A DNA stretch of 24,000 bases, taken from Spirochaetales bacterium. Lineage in GTDB: Bacteria > Spirochaetota > Spirochaetia > JABEVK01. A program made the translations under genes and the position numbers. The notes beneath the pieces are model-generated. The model ran no database searches and was not told the origin of the DNA. It worked only from the letters and a program-made list of their open reading frames with translations. Shown here piece by piece: positions 17,013-24,000 of the stretch; the stretch's first letter is position 1, and each line of letters opens with the position of its first letter. The stretch lies in assembly GCA_037142615.1 (NCBI GenBank), contig JBAXAI010000010.1, positions 61,939-85,938 on the forward strand. Direction: 5' to 3'.

Positions 17013-18807
17013 GAAATCAGCAGGAATCTGGAAGGCGTCGTTGCCCAAAGTTGGCATCCGCCCCACCATCGACGGTCGCCTCAATGGCGTTCGTGAATCG
17101 CTCGAAGAACAGACGATGAACTTGGCCAAGGCGGCCGCAAAGTTCATCAGCAAAAACCTGCGTCATCCCAGCGGTGAACCCGTGGAATGCGTGCTTGCCG
17201 AAACCACCATTGGCGGCGTCAACGAAGCTGCGCGTTGCCGCGAGTACTTCCGCGAACAGGGTGTGGGGCTCACGCTCACCGTCACCACCTGCTGGTGCTA
17301 CGGCAGCGAAACCATGGACATGGATCCCCTGACCCCCAAGGCAGTTTGGGGCTTCAACGGCACTGAGCGCCCCGGCGCGGTGTACTTGGCCGCCGTGTTG
17401 GCTGCTCACGCTCAGAAAGGCCTGCCCTGCTTTGGCATCTACGGCCACGATGTGCAAGAAGCCGGCGACACGAAGATCCCTGCCGACGTGCAAGAGAAGA
17501 TTCTCCGGTTCGTGAAGGCCGGGCTGGCCGTGGCCACGATGCAGGGCCGCAGCTACCTCTCGATGGGCTCGGTGTCGATGGGCATCGCGGGTTCGATCGT
17601 CAACGAGGACTTCTTCCAGAAATACCTGGGCATGCGCAACGAGTTTGTCGACATGAGCGAGTTCACCCGGCGCATCGACGAAGGCATTTACGACCCCGAG
17701 GAGTTCAAAAAGGCTTTGGCCTGGGTGAAGAAGAACTGTCCGCAAGGCCCCGACCTCAACCCGCCCAAGGCCAAGAAGAAGCAAAGCGTGCTCGACAAGG
17801 AATGGGAGTACGTGGTCAAAATGACCCTCATCGCCCGCGACCTGATGGTGGGCAACGCCCGGCTGGCCGAGCTCGGCTTTGGTGAAGAGGCTTTGGGCCG
17901 CAACGCCCTCGCCAGCGGCTTCCAGGGCCAGCGCGCCTGGACCGACCACTCGCCCAACGGCGACTTCCTCGAGGCCATTTTGTGCAGCAGTTTTGACTGG
18001 AACGGCATCCGCGAGGCCTTCGTGGTCGCCACCGAAAACGACAGCCTCAACGGTGTCACGATGCTCTTCAGCCACCTGCTCACCGGCACCGCTCAGGTCT
18101 TTGCCGACGTGCGCACGTACTGGAGTCCCGACTCCGTCAAGCGTGTCACGAACCACAAGCTCGAAGGCCACGCCAAGAACGGCATCATCCACCTGATCAA
18201 CTCGGGGGCCGCCGCGCTCGATGGGGCCGGCGGCATGAAAGACAAGAAGGGCAACAGCGTGATGAAACCCCTGTGGGACATCACCGACGCCGATGTCGAA
18301 GCCTCGCTGAAAGCCACGACCTGGGGACCTGCTATCACCGAATATTTCCGTGGCGGCGGTTTCAGTTCCACCTGGTCGACCGAAGGCGAAATGCCGGTGA
18401 CGCTGGTGCGGCTCAATCATGTGGCTGGCGTGGGCCCCGTGCTTCAGTTGGCCGAAGGCTACACGGTCAACCTGCCCAAGGACGTCGCCAAGACCCTCGA
18501 GGACCGAACCAACCCCACCTGGCCGAGCACTTGGTTTGCTCCGACCCTCACGGGACAGGGTGCCTTCCGCGATGTGTACAGCGTGATGAACAACTGGGGT
18601 GCCAACCATGGTGCCTTCAGCTACGGCCATATCGGCGGCGACTTGATCGCCCTGTGCGCGCTGCTGCGCATCCCCGTGTGCATGCACAACGTGAGCGCCG
18701 AAAAGGTGTTCCGCCCGGCCTCGTGGTCGGCCTTTGGCACCTCGGAACTCGAAGGCGCCGACTACCGCGCCTGCGCCGCGTACGGTCCCTTGTACGGGAG
18801 GGCCTAG
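17005..18807 (+). CDS. fucI: L-fucose isomerase
   Basis: 600-aa ORF with an AAGGAG SD; it overlaps the pfkB end by 8 nt. N-terminus [30 protein letters not shown]......LRH..G..VECV...T.I.G..EAA.C...F...[20 protein letters not shown] matches E. coli FucI nearly residue for residue in these blocks; length is also similar. Confidence 0.93.
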   Translation: MAKKSAGIWKASLPKVGIRPTIDGRLNGVRESLEEQTMNLAKAAAKFISKNLRHPSGEPVECVLAETTIGGVNEAARCREYFREQGVGLTLTVTTCWCYGSETMDMDPLTPKAVWGFNGTERPGAVYLAAVLAAHAQKGLPCFGIYGHDVQEAGDTKIPADVQEKILRFVKAGLAVATMQGRSYLSMGSVSMGIAGSIVNEDFFQKYLGMRNEFVDMSEFTRRIDEGIYDPEEFKKALAWVKKNCPQGPDLNPPKAKKKQSVLDKEWEYVVKMTLIARDLMVGNARLAELGFGEEALGRNALASGFQGQRAWTDHSPNGDFLEAILCSSFDWNGIREAFVVATENDSLNGVTMLFSHLLTGTAQVFADVRTYWSPDSVKRVTNHKLEGHAKNGIIHLINSGAAALDGAGGMKDKKGNSVMKPLWDITDADVEASLKATTWGPAITEYFRGGGFSSTWSTEGEMPVTLVRLNHVAGVGPVLQLAEGYTVNLPKDVAKTLEDRTNPTWPSTWFAPTLTGQGAFRDVYSVMNNWGANHGAFSYGHIGGDLIALCALLRIPVCMHNVSAEKVFRPASWSAFGTSELEGADYRACAAYGPLYGRA

Positions 18808-18863
18808 CCGTGCGTTGGCTTCAGAGCGTTGCGAGGACGGGTTCCGGCAAAGCCGTTGGCGAA

Positions 18864-18904
18864 GGTCGACCCGGAGCGTATCTGTGATACGTGAGGATTC
18901 GACC
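18864..18904 (+). repeat. Nested inverted repeat / two-stem hairpin in the fucI-rhaB spacer
   Basis: Outer arms GGTCGA (18864-18869) and TCGACC (18899-18904). Inner arms GCGTATC (18876-18882) and GATACGT (18886-18892) with loop TGT. A symmetric 6x6 internal loop lies between them. No U-tract follows. Confidence 0.4.
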
Positions 18905-18955
18905 AAGCCGGCGGCGCAGCCGGAACCCGCCGCAGTAGCTCCGAAGCCAACACAC

Positions 18956-20452
18956 ATGGACCACGTTTTGGCGATTGATCTAGGCGCTTCCGGAGGGCGC
19001 GTCATCCGCGGGACGTGGGACGCGTCGGCCGCAAAGCTGAAGCTCGAGGAAATCCACCGGTTCGCCAACGAGCCGGTGGAGGTTCTGGGCACCCTGCACT
19101 GGGACACCCTCCGGTTGTGGTTCGAGATTCAAAAAGGGGTCCGCGAAGCGGTGAGGACCCTCCCCAAGGGCGAACGTATCCGGTCGCTGGCCGTCGATAC
19201 CTGGGGCGTCGATTTTGGTCTGCTCGATGCGCACGGCCGCTTGCTGGGAAACCCCGTACACTACCGCGACAAGCGGACCGAAGGGCAGGTGGCCAAGCTG
19301 ACGGCTCAATTTGGCGAGGGGGAGCTGTTCCGCCGGGCCGGCACGCAGGACGAGTGGTTCAACACCATTGGTCAGCTTCGCGGCGCTTTGGAGCGCGACC
19401 CTCACTTCCTCGCAGGCGCCAAGGCTCTGCTGTTTTCGCCCGACCTGTTCAACTACTTCTTCTCGGGGCTTAAGGCCGCCGAAAGAACTATCGCGAGCAC
19501 CTCGCAGCTGCTGCAAGCCGGCAAAACCAGTTGGGACAACGAGATCCTGGCCAAGCTGGGGGTTCCGGCGGGTCTGATGCAAGCGGTGCGCGAACCGGGA
19601 ACGTTGCTGGGTCCGGTGTTGCCTGCCGTCGCCGCCGAACTCGGTCTGACCCCTGATACGCAGGTGGCCCTGGTTCCCAGCCACGATACCGAAAGCGCCG
19701 CCTTGGCGGTGCCCACGACTTCGGGCAAGCCCTTTGCCTTTATCAGCTGCGGCACGTGGGCCGTGCTCGGCGCCGAACTGTCTGCGCCCGTGACTTCCGA
19801 AGCCGCAAGGCTTGCCAAGTTTTCGAACGAGGCCGGGGCCTTCGGGACCAACCTGCTGCTGAGCAACATCATGGGCATGTGGCTGGTGCAGGAATGTAAA
19901 CGCTGGTGGGAGCGCGACGGAAAGAAGTTTGGCCATGCCGAGCTCGTCGATTGGGCCGCCCAAGCTCCTTGGGGAGGAAGCCTGATCGATGTGAATGACC
20001 CCCTGTTTTCGACCCCCGGCGACATGCCAGGACGCCTCGTGGACTACTGCATGAAGAAGGGCCTACCGGTACCCGAGGGTCGCGGCGCGGTGGTCCGCTG
20101 TGTGCTCGAAAGTCTGGCTTGCGAGTTCCGCCGCAGTCTGGAGACCATGGAAAAGGTGACCGGTCAGGCGTTTGCCGAACTGTGGCTCGTCGGTGGCGGC
20201 TCGCAAAACCAACTGCTGTGCCAACTCACGGCCGACCTCACAGGCCGAACCGTGCTCACGGGGCCCATCGAGACCACCGCGCTGGGCAACATTGCGGCGC
20301 AGTTTGTGGCCTTGGGAACCTTCGGGTCGGCGAGGGAGGCCCGTCAGGCGGTTTCCAGCTCGTTTGGTGTGTCGCACTACGAACCGGGCAACCGCCTGTT
20401 GGCCGCCGACACGTACCGGCGGTGGTTGGCCGTTACTTCTTCGAATGGTTGA
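18956..20452 (+). CDS. rhaB: Rhamnulokinase (FGGY family, RhaB-type)
   Basis: In-frame ATG at 18956, 498 aa. Blocks shared with E. coli RhaB as recalled: AIDLGASGGRV, EIHRF.N, DTWGVDFGLLD, YRD.RT, PSHDTESAA, CGTW..LG, SNEAG..G...L..NIMGMWL.QE, ES.A......L, L..VGGG.QN.LL.QL.AD..G..V..GP.E...LGN. The upstream 74 codons of the track ORF were rejected as spacer. Confidence 0.87.
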   Translation: MDHVLAIDLGASGGRVIRGTWDASAAKLKLEEIHRFANEPVEVLGTLHWDTLRLWFEIQKGVREAVRTLPKGERIRSLAVDTWGVDFGLLDAHGRLLGNPVHYRDKRTEGQVAKLTAQFGEGELFRRAGTQDEWFNTIGQLRGALERDPHFLAGAKALLFSPDLFNYFFSGLKAAERTIASTSQLLQAGKTSWDNEILAKLGVPAGLMQAVREPGTLLGPVLPAVAAELGLTPDTQVALVPSHDTESAALAVPTTSGKPFAFISCGTWAVLGAELSAPVTSEAARLAKFSNEAGAFGTNLLLSNIMGMWLVQECKRWWERDGKKFGHAELVDWAAQAPWGGSLIDVNDPLFSTPGDMPGRLVDYCMKKGLPVPEGRGAVVRCVLESLACEFRRSLETMEKVTGQAFAELWLVGGGSQNQLLCQLTADLTGRTVLTGPIETTALGNIAAQFVALGTFGSAREARQAVSSSFGVSHYEPGNRLLAADTYRRWLAVTSSNG

Positions 20453-20957
20453 CCGGAGGGACTCCGATCTTCTCGGACAAGGCAAAAAGGACGGCAGTGA
20501 CGACGAAGGTCATGTGAATGCCGACCATCCAGGCCAGGTGTTCCGTTGACCAGTCCTTCAGATTCAGGAAAGCCCCCAAGAGGTTGATCCCTGACAACGC
20601 TACGATGGAGCCGATGAGCTTGAGCTTCAGGCCGGCGAAGTCCACCTCGCCCATCCAGGAAGGTCGATCCGGAGACTCGTCAGCAGCACCGATCTTCGAA
20701 ACGAAGTTCTCGTAGCCACTGAAGATGACCAGGATCATGAGGTTGCCCAATAGTGTCATGTCGATGAGGCTGAGGATCCCCAGAAGCAAGTACGTCTGGT
20801 CCTTTTCGAGCACATTGAGGGCAAAGCGAAAGAACTCCTCGCCGAACTTGAACATCAGCAACAGAAGGGCGAGGACGAGCCCCAGGTAGAAGGGAGCCAG
20901 CAGCCACCGACTGGCAAAGATCAATTTTTCCGTCGATTCCTCAATGAACTTGCGCAT
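20433..20957 (-). CDS. yqhA: YqhA-family (UPF0114) inner-membrane protein
   Basis: 174-aa ORF with an AAGGAG SD. ASRWLLAPFYLGL, LIDMTL.GNL...V.FSGYENFVS and later TM segments parallel E. coli YqhA as recalled. Confidence 0.8.
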   Translation of the reverse strand: MRKFIEESTEKLIFASRWLLAPFYLGLVLALLLLMFKFGEEFFRFALNVLEKDQTYLLLGILSLIDMTLLGNLMILVIFSGYENFVSKIGAADESPDRPSWMGEVDFAGLKLKLIGSIVALSGINLLGAFLNLKDWSTEHLAWMVGIHMTFVVTAVLFALSEKIGVPPVNHSKK

Positions 20958-20964
20958 GGAAACT

Positions 20965-20996
20965 CCTTAATTCGCACGATCAGACAGGAATTAAGG
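20965..20996 (-). repeat. AT-rich perfect 9-bp inverted repeat overlapping the yqhA ribosome-binding site
   Basis: CCTTAATTC (20965-20973) and GAATTAAGG (20988-20996) separated by 14 nt. On the minus strand the 3' arm runs GAATTAAGGAG, so it contains most of the SD, 7 nt before the ATG at 20957. It lies in the 77-bp gap after the TIM-barrel gene stop. Confidence 0.45.
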
Positions 20997-21034
20997 CTAG
21001 TGTGAGGATTGATAGATTGCAATGACCACTAAGT

Positions 21035-21850
21035 TTACACCCAGCGCTCCCGCAGCAATTCCATCATGTGCACGTTGAGCTCCCACTGTTCGGCAACGGG
21101 TTGGGCCGTGTACGGGAGCGCCGGCATGTACGGCGCCGGGCCAAACTCGGGCGTCACGGTGAAGGTGGCAGCCCCGGCCTGCTGGTGACGTGTGAACACT
21201 TTGTCCCACCAAGTGAGGTGTGCCTCGACGGCCGGCTGCCACTCGGGAGCCCTGGGATCGCTCACCTGGGGGCCTTGGGCGTGACCCACCCGGGCGTGCA
21301 GGTGGTCGGTGCGTTCTATGGCCAGCGCCAGCGACTCGGCCTGGTCTTCAAGCAGCGATTCGGACACGTTGCACCAATGCGAAAAGTCGGCCGTGAGGCG
21401 CAGTTGCGGGTCGTCTCGCAAAAAACCGGCGGTGACGGCGGCCGCGTACGCGAACTTGGCCCTGTGGGTCTCGTGCACGATTTTGACACCGGTTTGAGCC
21501 GAAACCTCGGCCGCCACGTCGAGGATGCGGCGGTTGAGCTCGGCCGGGAACCAGTCCCTCCCCGTCTGCGAATTGATGAACAACGGCTTGGCGGCCGCAA
21601 CCCACTCGAGGTGCGCCCGGTACTCGCGCAGGTGAGCCAGGGGGTCGGCCGTGGTCGTCTCCCAATGTTGGCCGATCAACTGTAGCCCCTGCGCTGCCAG
21701 CGCCCCGAGAATCTCCTCGGTGCCCTTGCGGTCGTCGAGCGGTAGGCTGCACTCGACCCCGTGGAAGCCCGCTTGGCGAACCTTGCGCGCAAAGTCTGCC
21801 CACGAAAGGCTTTCCGAGCCCCAGCGTGGGCAGAAGAACTGAAGTTCCAT
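21035..21850 (-). CDS. Xylose-isomerase-like TIM-barrel protein (sugar phosphate isomerase/epimerase family, AP-endonuclease-2 fold)
   Basis: 271-aa ORF starting 4 nt after the methyltransferase stop. Family-typical pattern: short N-terminal strand then G..GVE, VHETH, LTADFSHW, H.HARVG, PEFGP. The family call is from memory of motif spacing. Confidence 0.7.
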   Translation of the reverse strand: MELQFFCPRWGSESLSWADFARKVRQAGFHGVECSLPLDDRKGTEEILGALAAQGLQLIGQHWETTTADPLAHLREYRAHLEWVAAAKPLFINSQTGRDWFPAELNRRILDVAAEVSAQTGVKIVHETHRAKFAYAAAVTAGFLRDDPQLRLTADFSHWCNVSESLLEDQAESLALAIERTDHLHARVGHAQGPQVSDPRAPEWQPAVEAHLTWWDKVFTRHQQAGAATFTVTPEFGPAPYMPALPYTAQPVAEQWELNVHMMELLRERWV

Positions 21851-21854
21851 GGTG

Positions 21855-22931
21855 CTACTTCGACCCGCAGCCGCAGGTGGTGAAGGCCATCACCTTGGCC
21901 ATGATGGTCTTTTCGTAGCCCGGCATCGAGAGCACGTCGCATTCGCTGCCAATGATGAACGGGTGGCCCGAGGCTTTGAGTTTGCTTTCAATCTCGCACA
22001 CCAGGTCGGGAATGCCGCTCAAGGGGACCTCTTCGTCGGAATAGAACTTCTTGGTAGGGAGGTTGCCGTACAGCACCGTCGTCTTGGGCACCAAGGGCTC
22101 GGCCTCCCACAGCTTGACCGGGCTGCCGAAGCTGATGATCACCGGGTCGAGCACCGCAAACGAGGCGATCATCTCGGGCGTGAGCGAGCCGCAGTCGTGG
22201 AAAATCAGGTCGGTGCCGTGCTGGTTGAACAACGCTTTGAGCCTCAGGTTGGGCTCGATGACGAAGGTTTGGTACACGGTGCCACCCTCGGCAATCTGCT
22301 TGGGTGAAAAATACACGAGGTTGGCCGCGGGTTCGCACAAAAAGATGGCTTTGGCACCGGCCTTGATCTGCGCCAGCACGCAGGCGTGCACGGTCTTTTC
22401 GCACAGGTCCATCAGCGACGCCAGCAGCCCGACTTCGTCGTCGTCCTCGGGCGCGACACCACTGCCCGCCATGTAGATGGGCGTGATGGGGTCTTTCATC
22501 AGCTTGGTCATCAGCGAGAACGGGCCGATGCTCATGCCGATGGGCACTTCCTTGCCCCCAGCCGCGAACGCCTTGGCAATCGCCGCCAGCGAGTCGCAGT
22601 TGGCCTTGATGCGCGGCGAGCCAAGCACATCCATGGCAGCCACCTTGGCCACCAACGCGGGGTCGGGCTTGTCGTGAAAATGGTAGGTGGGAATGGCGGC
22701 CGCCGCAACGCCCATGGTGCGCAGCATCACGTCTTTTTCGAGCGTGAGGTCCATGATGGGCAGCGCCAGCGGGCTATCGAAGCGGCGGGCGGTTTCGAGC
22801 ATCACTTCGGCCAGGCGTTTGCCGTCGAGCAGAATGGCTTCGGGGTCCGATTTTTCGTGCAGGACGAGATGCGTCGCCACGGGCAACCGTTTTCCGGAAG
22901 CTGCGAGCGAGAGATAAAACGATCGGTCCAT
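21855..22931 (-). CDS. URO-D-fold methyltransferase of the MtaA/CmuA family (corrinoid-dependent, Zn-binding)
   Basis: 358-aa ORF with an AAGGAG SD, 14 nt after the corrinoid-protein stop. URO-D/MtaA-like layout (PIMDLT...E, GPFSL, F.CEP.A). Contains the H-x-C ... C zinc motif pattern of MtaA-type enzymes (IFHDCG, then GSECD 84 residues later). Unusual C-terminal TTCGCGSK. Confidence 0.78.
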   Translation of the reverse strand: MDRSFYLSLAASGKRLPVATHLVLHEKSDPEAILLDGKRLAEVMLETARRFDSPLALPIMDLTLEKDVMLRTMGVAAAAIPTYHFHDKPDPALVAKVAAMDVLGSPRIKANCDSLAAIAKAFAAGGKEVPIGMSIGPFSLMTKLMKDPITPIYMAGSGVAPEDDDEVGLLASLMDLCEKTVHACVLAQIKAGAKAIFLCEPAANLVYFSPKQIAEGGTVYQTFVIEPNLRLKALFNQHGTDLIFHDCGSLTPEMIASFAVLDPVIISFGSPVKLWEAEPLVPKTTVLYGNLPTKKFYSDEEVPLSGIPDLVCEIESKLKASGHPFIIGSECDVLSMPGYEKTIMAKVMAFTTCGCGSK

Positions 22932-22945
22932 GGGACGCTCCTTGG

Positions 22946-23578
22946 TCAGCTGACGAGTTCGATGGCCTTGTCGCCAGCCGAAGCGGCGTCGGCCGTGTAC
23001 GCGTCGGCTCCGATGCTGGCGCAGAAGCTGTCGGTGATGGGGGCACCACCGATCATCACCTTGACCTGCTTGCGCACGCCGGCGGCTTCGAGGGCTTCAA
23101 TGACGGTCTTCATTTCGTTCATGGTGGTCGTCAACAGCGCCGAGAGCGCCACGATCTGGGGCTTGTGCTCGTGCACGGCAGCCACAAACTTTTCCGCCGA
23201 GACGTCGACGCCGAGGTCGATCACTTCGAGGCCTTTGCCTTCCATCATCATGCGCACCAGGTTCTTGCCGATGTCGTGCAGGTCGCCTTTGACGGTACCG
23301 AGAATCACCTTGCCGGTGGCTTTGACTCCGGCTGTCACCAAATAGGGCTTGAGCAGTGCGGTGCCCTGATTCATGGCGCGGGCGGCGATGAGCACTTCGG
23401 GCACGTAGACCTCGTTGCGCTTGAACTTGCCGCCGATGATGTTCATGCCGGCCATCAGGCCGTCTTCGAGAATGCTCTTGGCCGCAATGCCCTGGTCGAT
23501 GGCCTGCTGCACCAGCTCTTTCACTTCTTTGGCTTTACCCTTCTGCAAGAAGGTGGAAATGTCGTCGAGAATTGCCAT
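22946..23578 (-). CDS. Corrinoid (cobalamin-binding) protein, MtaC/MtbC/MtvC-like
   Basis: 210-aa ORF with a GGAGGA SD. N-terminal four-helix cap region (B12-binding_2-like). Canonical B12 motif set: DxHxxG (GDLHDIGKN), SxL (LSALLTTT), GG (MIGGAP). Confidence 0.9.
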   Translation of the reverse strand: MAILDDISTFLQKGKAKEVKELVQQAIDQGIAAKSILEDGLMAGMNIIGGKFKRNEVYVPEVLIAARAMNQGTALLKPYLVTAGVKATGKVILGTVKGDLHDIGKNLVRMMMEGKGLEVIDLGVDVSAEKFVAAVHEHKPQIVALSALLTTTMNEMKTVIEALEAAGVRKQVKVMIGGAPITDSFCASIGADAYTADAASAGDKAIELVS

Positions 23579-23650
23579 GCTATTCCTCCGTTTATCGTCC
23601 GTTTCTTCTGTTCAGCTTAAAGCAAGCGGTGACTGCCGTATTGCACTCCC

Positions 23651-24000
23651 TTACGCTTTTTGGGACAAATTGCGGTTCGTGAGCCAGGCTGCCAGGCCCG
23701 CCGTAGGCAAGACCACAGCCCGGCTGCGGAGTTTCTGGTACGCCGCCAAGCCGGGGCCGCCGGTAAAGTCGCGCAGGGCCATGGGTTGGTCTTCCAAAAG
23801 GACCAGTTCGCGGGCTTCGGCGGCCGCCTCGAGGTTGCGCAGGTTTTGGGCACCGACCACCAGGTTGCCGACGATCACCAGGTCGGCCTCGCGCACCAAA
23901 CGGCAGTTGTCGGCGTGGGCCGTGTCGGAAAGGGGTGAGAACGGCGGCGAGACCACGCTGACCAAGTCGTAGACGCCGGCCACGTACAGGTCGCTGTCGC
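23651..24000 (-). CDS. Hypothetical protein, 3' part only (ORF stays open to the window edge)
   Basis: The reading frame stays open from 24000 down to the stop at 23651; the track's GTG at 23983 is probably internal. About 116 C-terminal residues have normal composition, and I recognised no motif. It is 72 bp upstream of the corrinoid-protein gene on the same strand. Confidence 0.4.
   Translation of the reverse strand, partial: DSDLYVAGVYDLVSVVSPPFSPLSDTAHADNCRLVREADLVIVGNLVVGAQNLRNLEAAAEARELVLLEDQPMALRDFTGGPGLAAYQKLRSRAVVLPTAGLAAWLTNRNLSQKA

Noticed and set aside
18734-18955. Upstream 74 codons of the rhaB track ORF, overlapping the fucI 3' end
   Set aside because: There is no similarity to the kinase family in this part. 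FGGY kinases begin at the (A/V)(I/V)DLGA(S/T) phosphate-1 loop, which directly follows the ATG at 18956.
17017-19107. 696-aa ORF on the minus strand, the longest in the track
   Set aside because: It lies antisense to fucI and the start of rhaB, both recognised with high confidence. Its translation is Ala/Gly/Arg/Val-rich with no recognisable motifs. Long stop-free antisense frames are expected in GC-rich DNA.
499-23345. Other large antisense ORFs (499..1323+, 2495..3595+, 8595..9350-, 9389..10480-, 12420..13658+, 15921..16841-, 18980..19963-, 21068..21685+, 22386..23345+ and many smaller ones)
   Set aside because: Each lies opposite a confidently assigned gene and has a biased low-complexity composition rich in Arg, Gly, Ala, Pro, His and Val. 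None has recognisable domains or ribosome-binding sites. They are GC-rich shadow ORFs.
23579-23650. Possible cobalamin riboswitch upstream of the corrinoid-protein gene
   Set aside because: The gap is only 72 nt, far shorter than a cobalamin riboswitch aptamer plus expression platform, and I saw no B12-box-like conserved core. The gene is probably co-transcribed with the upstream truncated ORF.
1-24000. Searched for CRISPR arrays, tRNA/rRNA genes, IS elements or transposase/integrase genes, toxin-antitoxin pairs and known defence-system genes
   Set aside because: I found no regularly spaced repeats, no cloverleaf-like or rRNA-like segments, no terminal inverted repeats flanking a transposase-like ORF, and no nuclease, ATPase or methylase defence signatures. 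All well-supported ORFs are metabolic, transport or regulatory.
1-24000. Bacterial microcompartment genes, which accompany fucose/rhamnose catabolism in some lineages
   Set aside because: There are no small BMC-H/BMC-P shell-protein ORFs and no aldehyde dehydrogenase or phosphotransacylase genes in the window. Lactaldehyde handling here cannot be assigned to a microcompartment from this sequence.

Overview
GC-rich bacterial chromosomal window. I saw no rRNA, tRNA, CRISPR array or mobile element. Almost the whole window is a carbohydrate-utilisation island for 6-deoxyhexoses (L-rhamnose / L-fucose). Left arm, minus strand: a CUT2-type sugar ABC transporter (ATPase, permease, binding protein), an intrinsic terminator, then a RhaE-type class II aldolase and L-rhamnose isomerase RhaA. 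Divergent from it is a translationally coupled three-component sensor: a REC + AraC-HTH response regulator, a YesM/LytS-type histidine kinase and a membrane-anchored protein with a periplasmic-binding-protein fold. Centre: an AraC-family regulator, then a Zn-ADH / mutarotase-like / aldo-keto reductase operon. Next is a LacI-family repressor, then fucU, a PfkB kinase and fucI, and after a structured 148-bp spacer the rhamnulokinase rhaB. Right arm, minus strand: a YqhA-family membrane protein and an operon of corrinoid (B12-binding) protein, URO-D/MtaA-family Zn methyltransferase and xylose-isomerase-like TIM-barrel enzyme, preceded by an ORF truncated at the window edge. The most interesting item is this corrinoid methyl-transfer module fused to a sugar-type enzyme beside the deoxyhexose genes; I propose it as a candidate cobalamin-dependent O-methyl-sugar demethylase, which is inference only. 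Other points: the rhamnose and fucose pathways are interleaved and appear to share one aldolase, with no FucK/FucA/FucO orthologs and an unexplained PfkB kinase coupled between fucU and fucI. Several candidate operators or activator sites show 21-bp phasing. Four start codons lack a Shine-Dalgarno sequence but have a -10-like hexamer just upstream of the ATG, which suggests leaderless mRNAs. Many long ORFs in the track are antisense shadow ORFs typical of GC-rich DNA and were rejected. All similarity statements come from recalled family motifs, not database searches.
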